64,000 bases of DNA from an uncultured Spirochaetota bacterium. Lineage in GTDB: Bacteria; Spirochaetota; Brevinematia; Brevinematales; JAOACQ01. Below the pieces are notes generated by a model that saw nothing but the letters and a program-made list of their open reading frames with translations, was not told the origin of the DNA and ran no database searches. Within the stretch, counting starts at the first letter, position 1, and each line of letters opens with the position of its first letter. Made by a program: the position numbers and the translations under genes. The DNA lies in contig CAVYGN010000002.1 in assembly GCA_963768055.1 (NCBI GenBank), positions 1,408,001 through 1,472,000 on the forward strand, given 5' to 3'. This document shows, piece by piece, positions 58,383 to 64,000 of this stretch.

Positions 58383-59141
58383 TTATTGTTTATTTTGAGC
58401 CTTTATCGATTCCATTACATACTCAGCGGCTTTCTGCTCCGCTTCCTTTTTAGTCCTGCCTTTTGCCGCAGCCCTCCAATCGTTATGGACTGAAACAGAG
58501 ACTTCAAAAATTTTATTATGATCGGGGCCTGTTTCTCTGATGATTTTATATATCGGATATTCTTTAAATTTTGATACTGACCATTTCTGGAGCTGTGTCT
58601 TGTAATCCCTTGTGCCTGTTTTAAGCCTTTTTTTTATTTCCGGGTCAAGAATATGTCTGACAAAAGCCAGAGCTTTTTCAAAGCCCCTTTCCAGAAATAC
58701 CACTCCGATAATCGCTTCAGTTATATCTGCAGCCACTTTTTGCCTAGCCCTTGGATCGGAAAGGGTCTCTCCCTTGCCGAGGTTGATATATTCAAGCAGT
58801 TTCAGATCGAAGGCTATCTCCGAAAGCGTTTTTTCGTCAACAAGGCTGGAACGAAGAGCCGATAGTCCGCCTTCGGCAAGATGCGGGTTATTTATATAAA
58901 GCTGGTATGCGATGCATGCATTAAGGATCGAATCTCCCAGAAATTCGAGCCTTTCATAGGGCTCATTATATAAACCCGATTTATCTACGCATGAGGAATG
59001 GGTTAATGCCTTGTTAAATAATGAATAATCCTTAATTTTGAGGCCAAGCCTGGCGCAGAGCTCTTTTAATCTGACAATCCTGGCTTCGCTTAAGTGGGGT
59101 GTTTTCGGATTATTTGTATTTTTTGAAAACAAGCGTAACAT
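58383..59141 (-). CDS. rnc: Ribonuclease III
   Basis: ALTHSS, ERLEFLGD, AD..EA.IG, DYKT.LQ, GPDH and AEQ.AA motifs; start overlaps the fabF 3' end. Confidence 0.95.
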   Translation of the reverse strand: MLRLFSKNTNNPKTPHLSEARIVRLKELCARLGLKIKDYSLFNKALTHSSCVDKSGLYNEPYERLEFLGDSILNACIAYQLYINNPHLAEGGLSALRSSLVDEKTLSEIAFDLKLLEYINLGKGETLSDPRARQKVAADITEAIIGVVFLERGFEKALAFVRHILDPEIKKRLKTGTRDYKTQLQKWSVSKFKEYPIYKIIRETGPDHNKIFEVSVSVHNDWRAAAKGRTKKEAEQKAAEYVMESIKAQNKQ

Positions 59142-60357
59142 TGTGACCACCGAATCCAAATGAATTGCTTAGGCCGTATGTTATATCGCATGAAACGGCT
59201 TTATTTGGAACATAGTTCAGGTCGCAATCAGGATCGGGAGTATCAAGGTTTATTGTAGGATGAACTATTTTATCATTGATCATTTTAATGACTGCTATTG
59301 CCTCGATCCCTCCGGCCGCGCCCAGAGTATGTCCTATCATCGATTTTGATGAATTTATCAGTAATTTGTATGCATGCTCGCCGAATGCCGATTTAATAGC
59401 CATCGTTTCAGCCAGGTCGCCTGGAGGTGTTGACGTTCCATGGGCATTAATAAGCTGCACTTCTTTCGGATCTATCCCCCCCTTTTTCAAGGCGCTTTTC
59501 ATGGCAAGACCCGCTCCGAAACCATCGGGGTGGGGGGCTGTTATATGATGAGCGTCGCCGCTTACTCCATATGAAACGAGTTCGGCCAGTATTTTCGCTC
59601 CCCTTTTTTCGGCATGTGAAAGTTCTTCCAGGACAATTATGCCCGCGCCTTCGCCCATAACAAAACCGTCCCTGTTTTTATCAAAGGGCCTCGAGCCCTT
59701 TTCGGGAGTATCGTTATAATGTGTTGAAAGGGCCTGCATCTGGGTGAACCCGGCGAAACCCAGCGGGGACATTGCTGCTTCGCAGCCGCCTGATATTATG
59801 ATATCGGCATCGCCGACGAAAATGTGATTGAAGGAACAAGCGATCCCGTTCCCTGCGGAGGCGCAGGCGGAAGAAACCGCATAATTGGGCCCATGATAGC
59901 CGTACTCGATTGAAATATATCCCGAAGCGATATCCGAAATCAGCATAGGTATAAAGAAAGGCGAGACCTTTTTACGGCCGCCGGTATACATTTTTATGGA
60001 ATTATCGTAATATGTATTGATTCCTCCGATCCCGGAAGCAATTATAACCCCGACTCTTTCTTTATCTATATCAGAGTTTTCAATTTTGCTGTCTTTGATT
60101 GCTTCCCTGGCTGCTACCACGGCAAAATAGCAGAAACGATCCATTTTCCGGGCCTCTTTTTTTTCAATGAAATCCTCAATATTGAATTTCTCGTTTTTAA
60201 CCTCCCCACCGATCAGGCATGGTGAATCCTTCATATCTGCGTTAGATATCCTGCTGATGCCCGATTTGCCGGCTTTAAGCGCATCCCAGAATTCACCGAC
60301 ATTCTGGCCGAGGCAGTTTACGGTTCCCATTCCTGTAACAACAACCCTTCTGTTCAC
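59110..60357 (-). CDS. fabF: 3-oxoacyl-ACP synthase II
   Basis: RRVVVTG.G, SACAS, SRPFD..RDGF, NAHGTST, KSMIGH.LGAAG and NSFGFGG motifs. Confidence 0.97.
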   Translation of the reverse strand: MNRRVVVTGMGTVNCLGQNVGEFWDALKAGKSGISRISNADMKDSPCLIGGEVKNEKFNIEDFIEKKEARKMDRFCYFAVVAAREAIKDSKIENSDIDKERVGVIIASGIGGINTYYDNSIKMYTGGRKKVSPFFIPMLISDIASGYISIEYGYHGPNYAVSSACASAGNGIACSFNHIFVGDADIIISGGCEAAMSPLGFAGFTQMQALSTHYNDTPEKGSRPFDKNRDGFVMGEGAGIIVLEELSHAEKRGAKILAELVSYGVSGDAHHITAPHPDGFGAGLAMKSALKKGGIDPKEVQLINAHGTSTPPGDLAETMAIKSAFGEHAYKLLINSSKSMIGHTLGAAGGIEAIAVIKMINDKIVHPTINLDTPDPDCDLNYVPNKAVSCDITYGLSNSFGFGGHNVTLVFKKYK

Positions 60358-60367
60358 ATCATCCCCC

Positions 60368-61114
60368 TTAGTACATCACTATTCCGCCGTCGACTACAAT
60401 AACCTGCCCGGTTATATAATCAGAATCCGGTGAAGATAAAAATAACACTGCTTTAGCCACATCTTCGGGCTGCCCTATCCTGCCCATTGGGACCTGGGCC
60501 ATTAATTTTTGTTTTTCCGCTTCAGGGAGTTTATCGGTCATAGCCGATTGGATAAATCCGGGAGCGACTGCGTTAACATTGACATTCCTGGCGGCCAGTT
60601 CCCTGGCTGCGGTTTTTGTCAACGCTATTACTCCGGCTTTACTGGCCGAATAATTTGCCTGGCCGATGTTTCCCATCAAACCTATAATTGACGCGATGTT
60701 GACAATCTTACCGCTTTTCTGCTTCATCATAACCGGGAAAGCGGCTTTAATCCCGTTGAAAACCCCTTTAAGGTTGATATTCAGTACCGCTTCGAAATCT
60801 TCAGGAGTCATGCGAAGAATAAGATTGTCCCTGGTTATTCCGGCGTTGTTGACGAGAATATCGACGCCGCCCCATTCGTTTTTTGTTTTCTGGATTAATT
60901 CTTCAACTTCTTTAAAGCTAGTTACATCAGCCTTTATCGCGAAACTTTTTACGCCGAGAGCAGATATTTCTTCCGATGTTTGCACTGCCGCGTCCTGAAT
61001 AACATCGACTATCACGACGTTTGCCCCTTCCCCCGCAAGTATCATGGCGATAGATTTGCCGATACCCCTTGCGGATCCAGTAACGATCGCGTTCTTGCCT
61101 GAAAGTTTACCCAT
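60368..61114 (-). CDS. fabG: 3-oxoacyl-ACP reductase
   Basis: [27 protein letters not shown] and VAPGFI motifs. Confidence 0.95.
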   Translation of the reverse strand: MGKLSGKNAIVTGSARGIGKSIAMILAGEGANVVIVDVIQDAAVQTSEEISALGVKSFAIKADVTSFKEVEELIQKTKNEWGGVDILVNNAGITRDNLILRMTPEDFEAVLNINLKGVFNGIKAAFPVMMKQKSGKIVNIASIIGLMGNIGQANYSASKAGVIALTKTAARELAARNVNVNAVAPGFIQSAMTDKLPEAEKQKLMAQVPMGRIGQPEDVAKAVLFLSSPDSDYITGQVIVVDGGIVMY

Positions 61115-61136
61115 TTTGAACCCTCCGGTTGTAAAA

Positions 61137-62171
61137 CTAAGCGCTTTGAGAATCTATTCCGTTCATATTCAGTTCGCCAAGACGTTTATGGAGCTTTCCA
61201 AGTATATCATGCCGGACGGCATTTGCGGCAGCTTTAATTGCGTATTTAACCGCCCTTCTCCCCGATTTGCCATGACCTATATAAACATTCCCGTTTACCC
61301 CGAGCAGGGGAGCTCCGCCGTATTGTTCAGGATCGGATTTTTTCTTAAGCTCTACCAATGCACCTGCAAAAAACGGCAGGGTGAGAATCGCACCTATATG
61401 ATGAGAAAGGGATTTTTTTAAAATGTTGGTAAATAACGTCGCGGTCCCTTCTATGGTTTTAAGAGTAATGTTGCCTATATATCCATCGCATACGATTACA
61501 TCCACTTCGTTCGAGAGAAGCTGGTATCCTTCGACATTTCCCTTGAAGTTTATATCCATTTCTGAAAGCCTTTTAAATACCGCCCTGCTGGATGACGTTC
61601 CCTTATGGGACTCTTCGCCGATATTGAGAAATCCTATACGGGGATTTGAGTTGGAAAGCATTTCTTCCGCGTAAATTTTTCCCATTATCGCGAATTTTGC
61701 CAGGTCATCGACTTCGCAATCCATGCTTGCTCCAACATCCAGAAATATATTGGCCTTACCGTCGATATTGGGCAAAAGTGAAGCAAGCGCCGGTTTTTTT
61801 ACGCCCTTGACCCTTCCAAGCGTCAAGGCTGAAGCTACTACGATGGCCCCTGTGTTTCCGGGTGAAAAAAAGGCCTGGATATCTCCGTTTTTCAGGGCCT
61901 GCAAGCCTTTCGCTATGCTGGAATCCTTTTTCTGCTTCATAACAGCCAGGGGATCGTCATTCATTGTTATGACTTCAGAGGCTTCAATTATACTTATCCG
62001 GTTGATGTTTTTGTTAAGAAGGTGTTCCCTGTTCAATACGGGCTGATAAATGTCTCCCCTTCCAATCATAACAACTTCTATACCGGGATCCTCATTAACA
62101 GCGTCAATACAACCATGGATAAGTTTCCTTATGTCTGTTTCGCCGCTAATGATATCAACACCGATTTTCAT
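61137..62171 (-). CDS. plsX: Phosphate acyltransferase
   Basis: [34 protein letters not shown] and HG motifs. Confidence 0.93.
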   Translation of the reverse strand: MKIGVDIISGETDIRKLIHGCIDAVNEDPGIEVVMIGRGDIYQPVLNREHLLNKNINRISIIEASEVITMNDDPLAVMKQKKDSSIAKGLQALKNGDIQAFFSPGNTGAIVVASALTLGRVKGVKKPALASLLPNIDGKANIFLDVGASMDCEVDDLAKFAIMGKIYAEEMLSNSNPRIGFLNIGEESHKGTSSSRAVFKRLSEMDINFKGNVEGYQLLSNEVDVIVCDGYIGNITLKTIEGTATLFTNILKKSLSHHIGAILTLPFFAGALVELKKKSDPEQYGGAPLLGVNGNVYIGHGKSGRRAVKYAIKAAANAVRHDILGKLHKRLGELNMNGIDSQSA

Positions 62172-62185
62172 GAGGTTCTCCAAAA

Positions 62186-62383
62186 CTATTTTTCCTCTTT
62201 AACAACTTTAGTAATTATCTGTTTACCCTTGTAAAAGCCGCAGGATTCGCAAACCCTGTGAGGTAATTTTTTGGCGCCGCAATTAGGGCATATAGACATG
62301 GCCGTGGCTGAAGCCTTCAAATATCCGTTGGCTTTTCTCATCCGGCTTTTGCATTTAGCCGTTTTATGTTTTGGAACTGGCAT
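62186..62383 (-). CDS. rpmF: 50S ribosomal protein L32 (Zn-binding type)
   Basis: MPVPK.K, CPNCG...LPHRVC..CG.YKG; RBS AAGGAG. Confidence 0.96.
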   Translation of the reverse strand: MPVPKHKTAKCKSRMRKANGYLKASATAMSICPNCGAKKLPHRVCESCGFYKGKQIITKVVKEEK

Positions 62384-62419
62384 GATATTTTCTCCTTTCA
62401 AAAATATTCCAGAACGTAT

Positions 62420-62448
62420 ATTTTATCCTTACCTGAAGCGATTGTCAA
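62420..62448 (-). promoter_or_regulatory. Sigma70 promoter for the rpmF-plsX-fab operon
   Basis: TTGACA-N17-TAAAAT on the minus strand. Confidence 0.8.
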
Positions 62449-62463
62449 AAAAAGCGGCTGAAT

Positions 62464-62553
62464 AAAAAACCCCGCCTTTTTTTCAAATGGCGGGGTTCAC
62501 TCACTAAAGTGAGTTTGCAGAATTGGGAGGGGAATCTAATTCTGCGTAAATCA
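62464..62553 (-). ncRNA. Candidate ~90-nt sRNA (two hairpins plus intrinsic terminator, C-rich loop)
   Basis: Minus strand GCAGAAUU-AGAUUCCCCUCCC-AAUUCUGC, then ACUCAC-UUUA-GUGAGU, then AACCCCGCC-N12-GGCGGGGUU-UUUU; no ORF; 5' end inferred from the promoter. Confidence 0.6.
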
Positions 62554-62559
62554 ATTGAA

Positions 62560-62586
62560 TTATCGGACAAAGCGTAACATTTTTTA
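62560..62586 (-). promoter_or_regulatory. Sigma28 (FliA/SigD)-type promoter for the candidate sRNA
   Basis: TAAA-N15-TCCGATAA versus consensus TAAA-N15-GCCGATAA. Confidence 0.65.
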
Positions 62587-62675
62587 ATTATTTTTACTAA
62601 ATTTTAATTTAAAAAATTTGTAACTACCTTTCGCTAAGCAGCATTAAGGCTCTTTAATACTTTTAAGGGCGCTTC

Positions 62676-62738
62676 AAAAAACCGCCTTTCAGGCGGCAAG
62701 GTAGCGCCCATAGGGTTTATGCCCGTAGGGTGCGGTTT
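62676..62738 (-). terminator. Terminator hairpin downstream of the GH94 gene, apparently interrupted by a mini-insertion
   Basis: AAAAAACCGCC-tttca-GGCGG[35 nt]GCGGTTT; U-tract on the minus strand. Confidence 0.6.
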
Positions 62739-62789
62739 CATTACAATTAGAACATTATTTATTACAAGGTTAGTTTTTGGAAACTGCCC

Positions 62790-64000
62790 TTAACCCATTA
62801 TAACTTTAACATCATGGTCCTTGCCGTCGTTAAATACCGGCAGGACCCGGCCTGTTATAGCATTGCCGTCGACAGTGATAGATTTTATCCCGCTGGATAC
62901 TTTTGAAGGGTTTGAAATATAAATTTTATAATTAGAACCCCTGAAACGGCGCACTACAGAATAACTATCCCATCCCTTCGGGATGCATGGATTTATCTTC
63001 AATCCCTCAAAATCAGGTTGAATACCCAGTATCCATTGCGAGATAACGACAAAGTGCCACCCGGCGGTCCCGGTAAGCCAGGAATTCTTAGCCTCCCCAT
63101 GACGTTTGGCGTCTTTCCCGGCTATCATCTGGGAATAAACGTAGGGCTCCATCTTGTGGATATCGCTTTCATCCTCGGTGTATGCCGGTGAAACCTTGGC
63201 CCAGTAATCGAAAGCATTATCGCCCCTCCCGATTACTGTTTCTCCGGCTATGATCCAAGCGTTAGAATGGCAGAATATTCCCGCATTTTCTTTATAGCCT
63301 GCCGGGTACGTCGAAATCTCTCCCATATTGATATAATACCTGGTAAAAGCCGGGTTCTGGAGAACAAGGCCGTATTTTGTATCCAGATATTTTTTGCAGG
63401 AATCCAGGGCTTTCTCGATATATCCCTTTTCAAGTCCGATCCCGGCCATAGAACAAATTCCCTGGGTTTCAATAAATATCCTTCCCTCTTCGTTTTCATG
63501 ACTGCCTATTTTATTGCTGAAATCGTCATAAGCCCTCAGAAACCATTCCCCATCCCAGCCATGTTCCATAACCGTATCTTTCATTTTTTTAAGCATATTT
63601 TCCGCGTCTTCAGCTTCCTTTTCATTTTCCATATATCTGCACATTTTCATGTAATCGGGCCCGCAATAGATAAAAAGACCAGCGATGAATACCGATTCTG
63701 CGACTTTTCCGTCCTTGCTGGTAGTAGTCTGGAACGATTCGTCGGGTGTCCCGGAAAAACAGTTTAAATTTAAACAATCGTTCCAATCCGCCCTGCCTAT
63801 GAGGGGAAGGCTATGGGGCCCTACATTATTGACTGCATGGTAAAACGAGCGTTTCAAATGTTCGAAAAGCGAAGCTTTATTATTCTCATTATTATCGAAA
63901 GGAACAATCTCCTTAAGAATTGACCAGTCTCCTGTTTCTTTTATATAGGCTCCGGTTGAAAGGATTATCCAAAGCGGATCGTCGTTGAAATTCCCTCCGA
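62790..64000 (-). CDS. GH94 glycoside phosphorylase (cellobiose/chitobiose phosphorylase-like), 5' part outside the window
   Basis: [42 protein letters not shown] and SWLTGTA.W motifs; frame is open to the window end. Confidence 0.93.
   Translation of the reverse strand, partial: GGNFNDDPLWIILSTGAYIKETGDWSILKEIVPFDNNENNKASLFEHLKRSFYHAVNNVGPHSLPLIGRADWNDCLNLNCFSGTPDESFQTTTSKDGKVAESVFIAGLFIYCGPDYMKMCRYMENEKEAEDAENMLKKMKDTVMEHGWDGEWFLRAYDDFSNKIGSHENEEGRIFIETQGICSMAGIGLEKGYIEKALDSCKKYLDTKYGLVLQNPAFTRYYINMGEISTYPAGYKENAGIFCHSNAWIIAGETVIGRGDNAFDYWAKVSPAYTEDESDIHKMEPYVYSQMIAGKDAKRHGEAKNSWLTGTAGWHFVVISQWILGIQPDFEGLKINPCIPKGWDSYSVVRRFRGSNYKIYISNPSKVSSGIKSITVDGNAITGRVLPVFNDGKDHDVKVIMG

Noticed and set aside
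1..64000. CRISPR array, tRNA, rRNA, integrase or transposase genes
   Set aside because: No regularly spaced repeat-spacer array, cloverleaf or rRNA-like tract, or recombinase motifs were seen by eye. A tRNAscan/Infernal run would be needed to exclude short RNAs fully.

Overview
Bacterial chromosomal window of moderate GC. The gene content (lipoproteins, motAB, TonB/ExbBD, short ParB-N protein, GH12/GH94/CBM carbohydrate genes) suggests an anaerobic diderm, possibly a spirochaete; this taxonomy is inference only. Most of it is housekeeping: prmC-sua5-tsaD, kdpABC(D), rsmA, deaD, thiH, recO, fur-feoAB, exbBD-tonB, motAB, rplM-rpsI, ppdK, and rpmF-plsX-fabG-fabF-rnc-yicC-gmk. Highlights: (1) a visibly AT-rich island at ~40.2-46.65 kb encoding a DUF6530-like protein, a PHP/ABC-ATPase (Ppl/TrlF-like) translationally coupled to a Schlafen/AlbA_2-HATPase protein with altered catalytic residues, and a convergent AIPR protein, bracketed by short inverted repeat copies. 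This is a candidate anti-phage system. (2) An apparently complete, unannotated ~90-nt sigma28-type sRNA transcription unit with a C-rich anti-SD-like loop, upstream of rpmF. (3) A kdp operon whose KdpD lacks the kinase, with no kdpE, preceded by a structured leader. (4) A DegT-family aminotransferase collapsed to a ~210-bp three-fragment relic. (5) A family of tiny CCC-N3-GGG hairpin insertions. All calls were made by eye from motifs; no database searches were run.
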